Of a DNA stretch of 64,000 bases, positions 50,484 through 63,334 are shown one piece after another. The stretch covers positions 17,856,001 through 17,920,000 of the forward strand of contig NW_025963780.1 of assembly GCF_023055435.1 (NCBI RefSeq), read 5' to 3'. A program made the position numbers and the translations under genes. Below the pieces are notes generated by a model, which was not told where the DNA came from, ran no database searches, and saw nothing but the letters and a program-made list of their open reading frames with translations. The first letter of the stretch is position 1, and every line of letters begins with the position of its first letter. This DNA is from Haliotis rufescens. Its lineage: Eukaryota.

Positions 50484-53400
50484 TTAGAAGAAGTCCCTGG
50501 TGCCAGACGAGAGACTGGAGCTGTACTCAGCCAGGAGAGCTTCCAGGTCCTCCAGAGTGTCCTGGGGCTCCTCCAGCCTTGCCTGCTTCACAGCTTGGGG
50601 CACCTCGCTTTTGTCATCAGGGCACTTCCTCTTGCGTGAGGGCAGGGACTCCTTACTGGGCTCAGCAGTGGGTTTCCTCTTTTTCCTTAAAATCAGTTTA
50701 GTAAGATACAGATATTCCACATCATATTCATCATCAGAGTTTGGACCAGCTCGGTCCACTGTCTTGGCTGGACTTACACTTACTGTTGAAGCAGTGACGA
50801 CACCTGACTTAGCACTCTCTGATGCTGAAACAACCTTATCCCTTACATTCTTAACAGGGACAGGCAAGGTCTTGCAACCTGTACTGGGCAAGACAGACTT
50901 TTGCTTTAAGTAAGCATTATCAGCAGACAACAACTGTTCCGCAAAATTAAGCTTAGATGAGGTCTTATTGATACCATGACTACCAGAGGGCTTAATGATA
51001 CGGTTCCCCAGGGGTTTGTTCTGGGTTTTGATGTGCTGAGCTCCAAGAGGCTGAGGCACAAAGTAGGGCTTGCTTTCAGGCTGATGCTTGCTCACTTTCT
51101 CCTTAGGAATACGAGGCTTTGGCTGAGGTTTTGGCCTGAAAGTGCGGGGTCTGAGTTTGCAGGGTTTGAGCTCAGGTTTTCGCTTTGGAAGGATAGGGGT
51201 CTTGGAATTGGGTTTGGGTTTGGGGTTGCTTGTTGAAGGTATGGCTGGACTTTCAACACGGGCTACAGGCAGGAGTTGCGGTACTGATCTGGGAAGGTCA
51301 AGTGGGGGCAGGGCACAGGAGAAGGCCTGATGGGTGATATAGTCAATGTATCATTTCACATTTTGCAATATAGAAAGAGAATAATGTCTTTTTCCAGTTA
51401 CATTTAAAAACGATCAAAAACGTAATATACCTCTGGTCTCATCAGCTGCAGGTCTAGCTCTGAACTGGGGAGGCTGACAGGCAGCTTGCAGGCTGGCATC
51501 ATCTCCCTACGTCTACTGCAAGGTGGTGGCTGGACTGCAGGAGTAAGGGGGATACCAGTCACAGATGGCTGAACTCCAGGCTGTAGGAGTCTTGGCTGTA
51601 GGTAACCAGCACCCAGGGAGAGGTTAACAGGATTACTAGCTGGTATCCAGATAGTGTTGTGATCTACCAGACATCTTGTTCCATCTCCTATCACCACTGT
51701 AGGCAACCCGGGGGGCAAGCGGGCAACAGGCACTGTAATGATTAACGCATGAAGAAACAATAATGGAATAAATATGCATTTTGTTTTAGTACTGCTTGAA
51801 AACTGATGTTCTGACAACTGAACAACTGACGAGCGTGAAATGCACCAGTAGAATGGTTGTATCATATTTACAATGCAATTTTATAGTACGTGGGAAGGCT
51901 ACAAGTACACAGGGTCGTGCATTTAGATAGTAAATCAAGATCAAGCATATCAGTAAATGCAGTATATGCTATGATAACTTCCGTATGTAAAAACTCTAAA
52001 CGAGAACACTTTTGTCTCTGAATTTACAGGCAGGCAAAATGTAATACAGTGGCATAGGGGTGAAAATCTCAACACCGTAACAATTTCCCACTTGACCTGT
52101 ACATCAGTAGTTTGTTTGCAGAAATGTATTTTAAAATATTTGATTTCCTTTTCAAGACTATTCACAAGTAGATTACCTTTCTTCAAATGTAAAATGCTAA
52201 AGAAATGTACTTTCAAGTTAATATTTGTTTGTTTATAAGCAAATATTTTCTGGATTTACTAAAAACATGGCTGTCCCTCAGCTGGACCAGAATAAAAAAT
52301 AATACCTAATCTATATCTTAATATTCTAAAAATGTAACAAATTTTGTTTTTCACACTCTCAAATGAACATTTATTACATGTATCCTATCATTATTATCTA
52401 AAACCTAATTGAAAAAAAAATAAATAAGAAAAAAAAGATGTCCCTCAAAAGGCACTCAACTCCGTTACAACGTACCAATACTAAAAAAATAACTGTGCTA
52501 TGGGAGATAACTCTCATACGCTTCCTCTTTGGCAACATGTGTATGAAGTTCATCTGCTGGTGATAGATAGATGCCACATTTATGTACAATGTTCAAGCCA
52601 ATGACATCAAGATATGTCTGTTAAGTACAGTATGTTTTCTGAGCCTCAACTCTGTTACACTGTCTATAGATCTATATCTCATTCTAATTTCCTTCACTTT
52701 TCCAAGAGAAATTGGTTAGCAAGACCATGTTAGCAGTGAGTATTTTAATTTCCATAAAAAGCAAAGCATGCTGGGATATGAGCCATTTATAGTAAGGTTT
52801 CTCAACTCCGTTACACTCAACTCTGTAATGCTGTACAGCGTAACGGAGAGGAAAAATTTGTGCATCTGCACAATTTCGATAGTTATTGTCAGTACATAGC
52901 TTTGTTCTTCACGAATATTTTATTTTATTTTAACCCTATACCTGACAAATAATTTTCCCACAGTCTGGAGTAAGAACTTTTTTTTTAAATAGTCACTCAG
53001 ACTGCTCTGATGTTTTGGATGAACAAGATGTTAGGACCTGTGCAAAATGTGGATTTGATTCTATTGATAGCGCTCTTTCCGACAGTGGACTAATTATTGA
53101 AGACAGAACTGTTGTCTTTTACATTGATGGGAGTGCCTGGCTATTGTGTTTTGGCTGCAGAAAGCAATTTCATTATGCATGTATAAACAACATATTTTCT
53201 GACAGTGTTGATGATATGATTGATCTGAAATTTGATCTTGAAGTTTTATAATATATTATAGTGATCTAAAATGGCATTTTAAGCAACTTTGTGCTTATTT
53301 ATTTCAACGTCTATACAAAGGGTTGAACATTAGTAATTTAGTAGACCCACTTTTGTATGCCATTACTGCAGTAACTGGCTCATAAACCATGAGTACCAAA

Positions 53401-54180
53401 GTCCTGACAAGTAACACAACACAGTGCATGTATTTTCACATTTCATCTCAAAAGGGATGAAAAGGTTGTTATTTTATGCTAGAGAGCAATAACAAAATAT
53501 ATGAGTTACAACTCCGTTACAACAAACTCAACTCTGTTACGTCAGGATTTTTTTAATAGATGACTTCTTTTGACAACTGACGAAAAACTTTGTTGTTTTT
53601 ATGAGTTTTAACTTTAGATTAGGACTAATGATAATATATGTTGTGACAAAAGATGAAAAATACTATATTTTGGATACCGTCTTTCATGTAAATGACTTTG
53701 TTGTCTAGGCAAACTTTTGAAATATGGAGCGAGCACTTACAAATGTCCAATCATACATTTTATTTAGCCAGTTTGCATTTGTTTAACACTGAATTGTATT
53801 CACACTTAATGTTAATTGCTGAATACGATTTTAGATTTCAAAGCAACCTAGCGCTATTAAAATTACTTTCCATTTTGTGATCCGTAACGGAGTTGAATGT
53901 CCTAGCAGATTAGGCTAATTCATTAATTATTTTCTAATTAATTAAACACATCACTGCACTGCATTGAAATAGAAAGTACTTCTCAAGTATCATATTCTCT
54001 AATATCAAGAGAAAAATTATATTAGGGACACTTTTATTTTTGCAAGTTGATATCAGAAAATTTGTTGGTTTTGAGATTTTTACCCATAGTCAGTTTTGCA
54101 ACACTGACTATACCTTATCATATACAGCACCATCACAGATCAAAACATACTTATCACATACCTCCTGTACTTGGATTCAT
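50484..54180 (-). CDS. Uncharacterised Pro/Lys/Ser-rich protein, paralog 2 (3 exons, 387 aa)
   Basis: Exons 54180-54162 (MNPSTG+G|gtatgt), 51732-51431 (ttacag| ... GAG|gtatat) and 51326-50484. Translates open (1164 nt). Indels versus paralog 1 keep the frame. Confidence 0.75.
52030..54110. mobile_element. Decayed DNA-transposon-like insert in intron 1 of paralog 2, carrying a PHD-finger-like remnant
   Basis: Repeated CAACTC(C/T)GTTAC motifs in both orientations; imperfect inverted ends (gggtgaaaatctcaacacc vs ggttttgagatttttaccc); ORF 53015-53251 with CxxC...WLLCxxCxxxxHxxC. Absent from the intron of paralog 1. Confidence 0.5.
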
Positions 54181-54710
54181 GATTTTCTTCACCTCCTCAA
54201 CTCTCACAAACTCTCAAAGTCGTAAACGATCGCAAAACTTGCAATATACTCCAGTGCAATCTGTCAAAATGGCTGACACACAGGAAGGAGGCAAGCGTTG
54301 TCATGACGCCTCAGGAAACGATTACACTGCGCATGTATGGACATTTCTTGACTTCCGTCTGTCTAAGTTGTTTTGTGTTGATGTTTTTTCGGGAGTTGCC
54401 ATACTACAGATCATAGCATTCGTGCGAAAGTCAGTTCTAAGGGCCTCTACTCACATCCGCAACAACTAGTGAGAGTTACCTCCCCTTATCAATAAGAATT
54501 TTACTGCTGCTTCTGTCGCTTCTTATTTCTTCTCACAATCATTTATCAATACACTATACTCAAAGTTATAGTTGGTGCTCAAGGTCCATTTGTAATACGC
54601 ATGTGAAGAGATCAAAGTGACTTATGGGTAACTGAATGAGAAATATACGCATTTGTCAATTAATTCAAAATGTATTTCGACATGATCGGGTGGTCAGGCT
54701 CGCTGACTTA

Positions 54711-56223
54711 CACTCTTCAAAAGAATGAAACGCACAGGTAGTATGTAATTCATTGAACCTGACTGCACAAAAAATCCGGTATATAAATTGGATATGTGTT
54801 ATTGGAAAATGTTGGTGGCCTGATATTCGATAAACGATGCGTCAAAACGCAGCCATTGACGATTTGCAATGTCTTAAACGGCATTCTTTTCACACTTCTT
54901 CAAAACGGCCATGTAGGAAAACAGTAAAGCAAAATGCACGTGCAAGTTATGGCATTCGCAACGCGTGGTAGTGGCTATAAAAAGGCAAGGATAAGCCAAA
55001 AATTTGTCATTCAATTGTCAACATTGTTAAAGTTCGAAAATGCCGAGACTCATCGGAACATCGCCATAATAGGACGTATCCAAAGAGGGGAATCGCAGTC
55101 TTCTGTTGCACGCCACTTCAACGTCCATCACAGCACCATTTGCCGCCTTTGTGACCGATACACACAGTTCAATTCCACTGCAGACCGTCCGAGAACCGGC
55201 CAACCAAGAGTTACCACCCCTGCACAGGATCGCTACATTCGACTGTTCCACTTACGTCATCGCAATGCCACGGCTACGGAGACTGCAGGACGCATCCCTG
55301 ATTTGAGGAGGATATCGAACCAGACTGTCAGGAACCATCTTCGCGAGGCTGGAATCCGACTCTGAAGACCAGCTATCGTCCCTGTTTTGCAACAGATCCT
55401 TGCGTTGGTGCCATACCTTACAGCTTAGGAATTTGAGAAACTGGAGACGAGTGTGGTTTAGCGATGAATCACGATTTCTTCTTCACCGGTGAGATGGAAG
55501 ACAACGTGTTTATTCTCGTCGAAATGAGCGTTTTGCCCCATATTGTCTACGTGAATTCGACAAATTCGGTAGTGGTAGTGTCATGGTGTGGGCGGCCATA
55601 TCCTACACCAGGAGATCTGACTTGGTTGTGGTTCAGGGAAATGTGACAGCAAATGGCTACATGAATCAAATTCTTCAACTTCACGTTCTTCCAATCATTG
55701 ACTGCCATAGGGAGCTGTTTCAACAGGACAACGCTCCACCGCACACGGCTCGTGTCACGGTCGACTACCTTCATAATGCCAACATCAACAACTTGCCCTG
55801 GCCGTCGAGATATCCAAATCTAAACCCAATCCAACACCTCTGGGATGAATTCGATCGACGTGTACGTCAACGTCAGAACACGCCGCAGACACTCCCTAAA
55901 CTGGCCTACGCAATACAAGCAGAATGGCGCAGAATTCCGCAGGTCAGAATTCGTACACTTATCCAGTCAGTGCTGAGGAGATGCAGAGCCGTGATTGCTG
56001 CCCGGGGCGGTCACACGAGATATTGAGTTCAGCGTTACCTTGTAGCCTTATGTGACACGACAATGAACAGTTTTCAATGCCTTTGTACAACGACAACATG
56101 AGACTATTGAGCTCCAAAATTTCATATTTGTATCTATGATATTAAATTTAATATATCGACTTTATTAGGTACAATACATTTACTAAAAATCTACCTGTGC
56201 GTTTCTTTTTTTGTTGAAGAATG
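54711..56223 (+). mobile_element. Tc1/mariner DNA transposon, defective
   Basis: TIRs CACTCTTCAAAAGAATGAAACGCACAGGTAG / CTACCTGTGCGTTTC...TTGAAGAATG; TA duplication at 54709-54710 and 56224-56225. Confidence 0.9.
55040..56026 (+). pseudogene. Tc1-like transposase pseudogene
   Basis: Starts MPRL at 55040, then frameshifts. Contains GQPRVTT, VWFSDESRF, MVWAAI and FQQDNAPPH; PNLNPIQHLW has Q in place of the catalytic E; ends GGHTRY. Confidence 0.9.
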
Positions 56224-57024
56224 TAGTTTTGGCATGTCATCGTATCCCAATTGCGTGGATCGATACTCATAATGTCAATCACTTGATTGTCTGGTCCAGA
56301 CTCGATTATTTTTCAGACCACCGTCATATAGCTGGAAAATTGCTGAGTGCGGCGGTAAACAACAAACAAACAAAAGTTACACGAAGCCGTAGGTGAATTA
56401 TTGGCTGATGCACCTCGAAAGGTATGGCTATAACTTGGCGCAATGAATATTAGGTACACCACATTATTTTCAAAACACCACATGTCGGATTATTGCTGAG
56501 TGCGGCGGTAAACAACAAACAAAAGTTACACGAAACCGAAACCGTGGGTGAATTATTGGCAATGAACAAAAGCATTTTGATGAATATCATTAACTATTGA
56601 CATTACATAATTATGTATTCTGATATGCGTCAAGGAAATATAACTTTCTATTGTTGATATAAATACTTTCGAATTAATAATGCGACTTTAATGATGATTT
56701 TGCATGTCGTTTTATGTTCTACGCATTATTTTGAACCCTCTTCGTTTATGTGTATTTAATAGAAAGGGTACAATGACAGCTTTGTCAAGAAATAAAACAC
56801 TCCATAACTTCTCAAAGTTGTGTGTTGTAGCACATGGTTGTTGTGTTTCTCCGACTTCTCCAGCCAGTATTAAAACTAAAGTTATGCGGTGTTTGTCGGA
56901 TGCCACTTTAAGTTATCCGTGATTAACACTGGTTGAACGCAGGTTGAATCCAGCCAATAGTTGCCTGAAATGTGGTAACCTCGGTTGACTCAGGCCACTC
57001 AAATTATATAAATCAAACACACCA

Positions 57025-58335
57025 CTGTGTCTGTGCATGTATTTGTGTATGTATCTATATATCTGTCCGTGAATGTGTCTGTATATGTGTGTCTTTGTAT
57101 GAATGTGTGTCTGTATCTGTGTCTTTGTATGAATGTGTGTGTACATATATCTGTGAACANNNNNNNNNNNNNNNNNNNNNNNNNNNNNNNNNNNNNNNNN
57201 NNNNNNNNNNNNNNNNNNNNNNNNNNNNNNNNNNNNNNNNNNNNNNNNNNNNNNNNNNNNNNNNNNNNNNNNNNNNNNNNNNNNNNNNNNNNNNNNNNNN
57301 NNNNNNNNNNNNNNNNNNNNNNNNNNNNNNNNNNNNNNNNNNNNNNNNNNNNNNNNNNNNNNNNNNNNNNNNNNNNNNNAACANNNNNNNNNNNNNNNNN
57401 NNNNNNNNNNNNNNNNNNNNNNNNNNNNNNNNNNNNNNNNNNNNNNNNNNNNNNNNNNNNNNNNNNNNNNNNNNNNNNNNNNNNNNNNNNNNNNNNNNNN
57501 NNNNNNNNNNNNNNNNNNNNNNNNNNNNNNNNNNNNNNNNNNNNNNNNNNNNNNNNNNNNNNNNNNNNNNNNNNNNNNNNNNNNNNNNNNNNNNNNNNNN
57601 NNNNNNNNNNNNNNNNNNNNNNNNNNNNNNNNNNNNNNNNNNNNNNNNNNNNNNNNNNNNNNNNNNNNNNNNNNNNNNNNNNNNNNNNNNNNNNNNNNNN
57701 NNNNNNNNNNNNNNNAACATGCATGTGTGTACATGTATCTGTGAACANNNNNNNNNNNNNNNNNNNNNNNNNNNNNNNNNNNNNNNNNNNNNNNNNNNNN
57801 NNNNNNNNNNNNNNNNNNNNNNNNNNNNNNNNNNNNNNNNNNNNNNNNNNNNNNNNNNNNNNNNNNNNNNNNNNNNNNNNNNNNNNNNNNNNNNNNNNNN
57901 NNNNNNNNNNNNNNNNNNNNNNNNNNNNNNNNNNNNNNNNNNNNNNNNNNNNNNNNNNNNNNNNNNNNNNNNNNNNNNNNNNNNNNNNNNNNNNNAACAT
58001 GCATGTGTGTTCATGTATCTGTGAACATGTGTCTGTGTACATGTATCTGTGAACATGCATGTGTGTACATGTATCTGTGAACATGTGTCTGTGTACATGT
58101 ATCTGTGAACATGTGTCTGTGTACATATATCTGTGAACATGCATGTGTGTACATGTATCTGTGAACATGCATTTGTGTACATGTATCTGTGAACATGTGT
58201 CTGTGTACATGTATCTGTGAACATGTGTCTGTGTACATGTATCTGTGAACATGTGTCTGTGTATATGCATCTGTGTCTGTGTACGTATATCAGTGTATGC
58301 ATCTGTATCTCTGTCTTTGTGCATCTGTATCCGTG
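57025..58335. repeat. 28-bp satellite (ATGTATCTGTGAACATGTGTCTGTGTAC), partly N-masked
   Basis: Tandem copies visible at 58010-58260; three N runs inside. Confidence 0.9.
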
Positions 58336-58744
58336 TTTGTAAATGCTATTGCTAAATAAACTTTTGGCCAAACGAGGTTACTACATTTCTAACAACCAGA
58401 GCGGACTAGATTTAACATTAGTCAACCAGTGTTAATCAAGGATATCTCGATTAAATGTATTGGAAGATAGAAAGGATATTTCATTCAAAGTATTGACACA
58501 ATTCAAAATGTCAAATTTGACCGAAAATCAGGTAGCCCAGTGGTTACTGCGTTGGCTCATCCCACCAGGTTCGGTTCACCTCAAGAGTACAACATATATG
58601 ATGTTTGTTTGTTGTTTACCGCCGCACTCAGCAATAATCCGACATGTGGTGTTTTGAAAATAATGTGGTGTACCTAATAATCATTTCGCCAAGTTACAGC
58701 CATACCTTTCGAGGTGCACCAGACGATAATTCATCTACGGCTTC

Positions 58745-58985
58745 GTGTAACTTTTGCTTGTTTGTTGTTTACCTCCGCACTCAGCAATATTCCAGCAATA
58801 TCTGGCGGTCTGAAAATAATCGAGCCTGGACCAGACAATCCAGTGATTGACATAATGAGCATCGATCCACGCAATTGAGATACGGCGACATGCATCAACC
58901 AAGTCAGCGAGCCAGACAACCCGATCCCGTTATAGTCGCCTCTTGCGACAAGCATTGGTTGCGGAAGGTCTATACTAATCCGGAT
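58745..58985 (-). mobile_element. SINE family A
   Basis: Reverse-complement match to family A, including the tail. Confidence 0.85.
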
Positions 58986-59159
58986 CCGTAACTATGTGTA
59001 TTGGCCGATATACCGAGGAAAGTGATCAAAGTATGGCTGTAATTAATTCATACTCCTAACCTTTCATTTATTTACCGTGTCCATGTTCACTTCAGGATCA
59101 TGATGAAGTAACTGAAACGGACATTAACTCTTCCATAAAAACCAGGACACTCATTTATG

Positions 59160-59435
59160 CGCGGGGGGTCAAGGCGTCCTTGGTGTCGCAGTTCGCAGTG
59201 CAAAGTATAGCGTCCGGCAGGCGTTTCAGAAACATATGTGCTCGTGGGTTCGAATCCTCTGATTACCTTTTCTTGGTTTGGTGAGCATCAGTCCAGTACT
59301 CGTTGGCTTCACCGAAGGGGTACATGCACGTCCAGCAAAATCTGCATCAGTTCCAGCTTTCCTCTTTCATTTCGTTCCACGCCGTGATATACCAGTCATG
59401 ACATTGAAAACGGCGTTAACCCAAGTCAAGCACTC
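59160..59435 (+). mobile_element. tRNA-derived SINE related to family B
   Basis: GGTCAAGGCG...GGGTTCGAATCC B-box; ends CACGCCGTGATATA...ACGGCGTTAA like family B. Confidence 0.6.
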
Positions 59436-59991
59436 TCCGAGTGTTAATGAGACCAACGTATAGAATTTAGCACCAGATTAACTGCATGTGGTAGTACTCC
59501 CGTCTCAGTTTATCCTAAAACAACCTTGGGCACCAACTGAATCATACTGGCCATGCGAAGAAATCAAATAGGTGGTTCCATTCACGGGTAGACAATGATT
59601 GAACATCACGAATGCAAAATATACTCAAACGCTTTGATTCGAATTTTTTTTAATATGTACATGTTGGTATTTTTTAATGAAGGTGAGAACAATACAATTC
59701 TAAAAAAACAAAAAACAAAACACTGTACATGTCTTTGTAATCAGCTCAGATTGAACTCCCGAGAGTATCTAGGGCCTCGGTCCTGCCCACACTGAAACAC
59801 AGGTTACATACAAGGTCACCCTAGACATGTCACTTTGTTTAAAAACTGCAGCTGCTCACCCAGCAGTGAATGGGTACCTGGAAGGATGAATTGTATTTTG
59901 AAACATAAACCAAGCGCAAAAAACAACTTGGGTTGCATACTCCCCAGGGAAATGAGAATGCATGTTGTGCACTGATCAGTTGACCGGGGTG

Positions 59992-60119
59992 TCTCGTGAA
60001 GATCCGGAGTAGAATAGGTCTTCAGTAACCCATCCTTGTCCAGACTTAATTATTTACAGACCGCCGTCATATAGCTGGCATATTGCTGAGTGCAGCGTTA
60101 AACAACACATAAACAAACA
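59992..60119 (+). mobile_element. SINE family A, internally deleted
   Basis: Head CTCGTGAAGATCCGGAG joined directly to the tail region; flanked by an accggggt duplication. Confidence 0.75.
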
Positions 60120-60509
60120 ATTACCGGGGTAATAATGATGTAGTGCCATGAGTATGAACATGTGTCTGTGTACATGTATCTGTGTCTGTATCCCTGTTGG
60201 GAAGTGCCATTGCTAAATAAACTTTTGGCCAAACGAGGTTACTACATTTCTAACAACCAGAGCGGACTAGATTTAACATTAGTCAACCAGTGTTAATCAA
60301 GGATATCTCAAATAAAGGAAGATAGAAAGGATAATTTCATTCAAAGTATTGACATAACTCAAAATGTCAAATTTGACCGGAAAACAGGTAGCCCAGTGGT
60401 TACTGCGTTGGCTCATCCCACCAGGTTCGGTTCACGTCAAGAGCCTTCATCACTTACACCCCAGAGAAAATGAGAATGCAAGTTGTGCACTGATCCATTG
60501 ACAGGGGTG

Positions 60510-61308
60510 TCCCGTGAAGATCCGGGGTAGAATCATCTTCCCGAGGCATTCCTCCAGTTTCCACCCTTGTCGAACTAGGCTGGAATTTCTGGACTAGATC
60601 GTAGAGCCACCAGTGGCTATTACGAGTTATGTCCCTTTTATGTTCCCCCTATTGACCAATCAGATTCCGTCTCTCATATCACTTGCATTTGCTTCAAACA
60701 AAGTGGCGGTGCCCAATCAAGACTATATGCTCGATGATCAGGAACTATATTGTCATAAAACGGGTCTTACCCCGCGAAGTGCATCAAATCAAGTGAGTAT
60801 CTTGATTAAAAGCATGAAAGAATGTGCAAAATATCTGTCGACGCCCAGTTGGCGGTACACATGCTGTGCAAATCCTGCAGTCGACGGCAATCTGCACGTT
60901 GAAATCCATGTTGTTTACGAACCGGATGTCCATAGCTAGTTCGTTTCGCGATTTTGATAGGACTATGCATAGACTCGTTAGTCCAGCAAAAATGTAACTC
61001 CATAATTCCAGCCTAGTTCGGCAAGGGTGGAAACTGGACTTTTATAGTCAGTTAACTCCCTTGCCTCGGGAAGATGGGATAGAATAGGTCTTCAGCAACC
61101 CATGCTTGCCGTAAAAGGCGACTAACAGGATCGAGTGGTCTGACTCGCTGACTTTGTTGATGCTTGTCATCGCATCCCAATTGCGTAGATTGATGATTAT
61201 GATGTCAATCACTGGATTGTCTGGTCCAAATTCGATTATTAGCAGACCGCCGTCATAAAGCTTGAATATTGCTGAGTGAGGCGTTAAACAACAAATAAAC
61301 AAACAAAC
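60510..61308 (+). mobile_element. SINE family A interrupted by a MITE
   Basis: Head at 60511-60533; remainder from 61077 to the (AAAC)n tail. Confidence 0.85.
60534..61076. mobile_element. Non-autonomous DNA transposon (MITE) with 9-bp TSD, Mutator-like
   Basis: TIR CATCTTCCCGAGGCA / TGCCTCGGGAAGATG plus a subterminal inverted block CCAGTTTCCACCCTTG(T/C)CGAACTAGGCTGGAATT. TSD GGGTAGAAT (60525-60533) vs GGATAGAAT (61077-61085). Confidence 0.8.
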
Positions 61309-61392
61309 ATTGAACGGGGTAATAATGCTGTAGTGCCATGGGTATGAACTCGGTGAATGAAGTCTAACGCGCATTATAAATGGGATTATTAT

Positions 61393-61705
61393 CAGTGTTC
61401 GAAATACCTGCCTGCCCGACCGTCCGAGACGGGTTGATTTCAACTCGGGCTGCCAGATTTTCAAATCCCCCTGCCCGACGGTCGGGTTATATTTCATATG
61501 TGAAAATATTCAAAATATTTCCCGATGATAAGCATTAATTCACATGAAAAGATGAATGATAAAATGTAACCAAAAAGAAACCCCGTTAGCTTATCCTGAG
61601 AAACATATGATTATAGTGGGCAGGCAGGTTTTGGTCAGGGCTGGCAAGTATTTCAGCTAGCCAGTCCTGTGGTCTGGCTGAAATTTTTGGGAGTTTCATA
61701 CCCTG
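61393..61705. mobile_element. hAT-like MITE
   Basis: CAGTGTTCGAAA / TTTCATACCCTG imperfect TIRs, subterminal TGCCCGAC/GGGCAGG motifs, TTATTAT on both flanks. Confidence 0.55.
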
Positions 61706-63334
61706 TTATTATCATTACGTGCGTTTCAGCGAGGCCGAGTTGACGCTATTGTGTTCTATATCGTTGCCTGTTCGTTCATGGCATATCGATCGTGGGCAGT
61801 ACAGTGAAACTCTGTTATTCTGTAGAATTCCTTTTACCGGAAGCGATAACACGAGTTAACTGCTCTTCAATAGGCATAACTTTTAGTAGTACATGGTTCG
61901 CAGTCAGGAGCCATTTCAATTTGAACAGTGACATCTGTATTAACGGGGATTGTCTTGATCAGTCGGACTAGTAATCCTACAAGTCTCTTATCAAGTTAAG
62001 CCATATATCCCCAACTGAAAACACAGTTTAAGCACGACATTACAATAAAACAGTACGCCCAATGCAACAGTCAAAAACGGTAACACATGTTTACGAAAAC
62101 GGCAATATTTTTTTCGATATTTTATATACCACGTATACCGCAACACACTTGTGGCAATTGTTATTTTGCTAATTGTGCTTGTCATGTTGTGGATAGAACG
62201 TGCTAGCACAGCATCTGAATCTCAATACAATAGGTGAACAATTAAGGTCCATGTTTGAATCTGCACGAGACGCGTTCTCGTTTTGTCCCGAGTCCCGAGG
62301 GTCCTGAGTGGTTATAATTCAAATAAACTTGTTGAAAAAACATTGTTTTGGTTGCTATGTGACACGATATGCTTCTTTTGACAGGAGAGTGTAGATCGAA
62401 ATCAAGATCTCCTAAGCATGTGTCACATGTGCTCTAGTCCATCGGTTAAAACACATAGGAACAAGTATGGTTAAGGGGTATATTCATATTCAAATCTGAA
62501 GTAAAGTGAGAACTGGTTATGGACAAGTTTAATTTGGATTATTGTTAGCAAGATAAGGTTCCGGATTTTTAACTTGCATTTATAAACCTATTTATATTTT
62601 TCTATTTAAAAACACGAGGTTTGTTTTGAGACTATCTGATATAGTAATTCACAAATAGAAGCACATTTGGCCAGGGAATTGTTTTATAAAAGATCATTAA
62701 TTAATTATATCCAGACACCCAAGCATTATTTAATCAGATAATCCCTATCGTCGTCAAGTGACATAAATGGAAAGAACCTTTAAATATGAGAAGCAAGAAA
62801 ATATGCCAAAAGCAAACAATGCAGTAAATATTGCCGAAAAGGAACTGCTAACATATGTCTGTATACCTGTGCATGTGGCATGAGAGGAACGTGCGATGTC
62901 AGAGGAAGGGAGATAACTCTAATGTTTAAATCTGGTTGTTCACCTGGTCAGCTGGATTCGGTAGCAACCGCCCTCTGTTGGCAACAATGAACATAAGTTG
63001 TTCCCACCTAATCTATTGTCAATTGATCTAGATATAATGGTAAACAGTTCGCGGCCTGCCTTGGTGATAATACGGCATATAGTGTTATTGTTTTACACGT
63101 GACCTGCACGTGCCATCTTTGTAGGTCGCTTGCAGTTGCCCTTTCACCTTCGACGATTGACTCTTTGTTGACGTATTAAATATGGGTAAGTATGGTAGCC
63201 TAACCGCAAAAAAACAAAAACACGATCCCGCAGGGCGATATTGTACAAATACATACGCAACACGAAACATGGAAATTCTGATAGTCCCTGGGCTGCCTGA
63301 TATATATCGTATAGGCCTTGGAGGGGTAACTGAC

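Larger units (their letters stand above)
54684..56373 (+). mobile_element. SINE family A copy split by the Tc1 insertion
   Basis: gatcgggtggtcaggctcgctgactTA (ends 54710) resumes as TAgttttggcatgtcatcg... at 56224. Confidence 0.85.

Noticed and set aside
56913-58371. ORFs spanning the N runs
   Set aside because: Artefacts of masked bases and the 28-bp repeat.
59160-59260. Possible tRNA gene (B-box GGTTCGAATCC)
   Set aside because: No clean cloverleaf. The sequence continues into a SINE body and tail.
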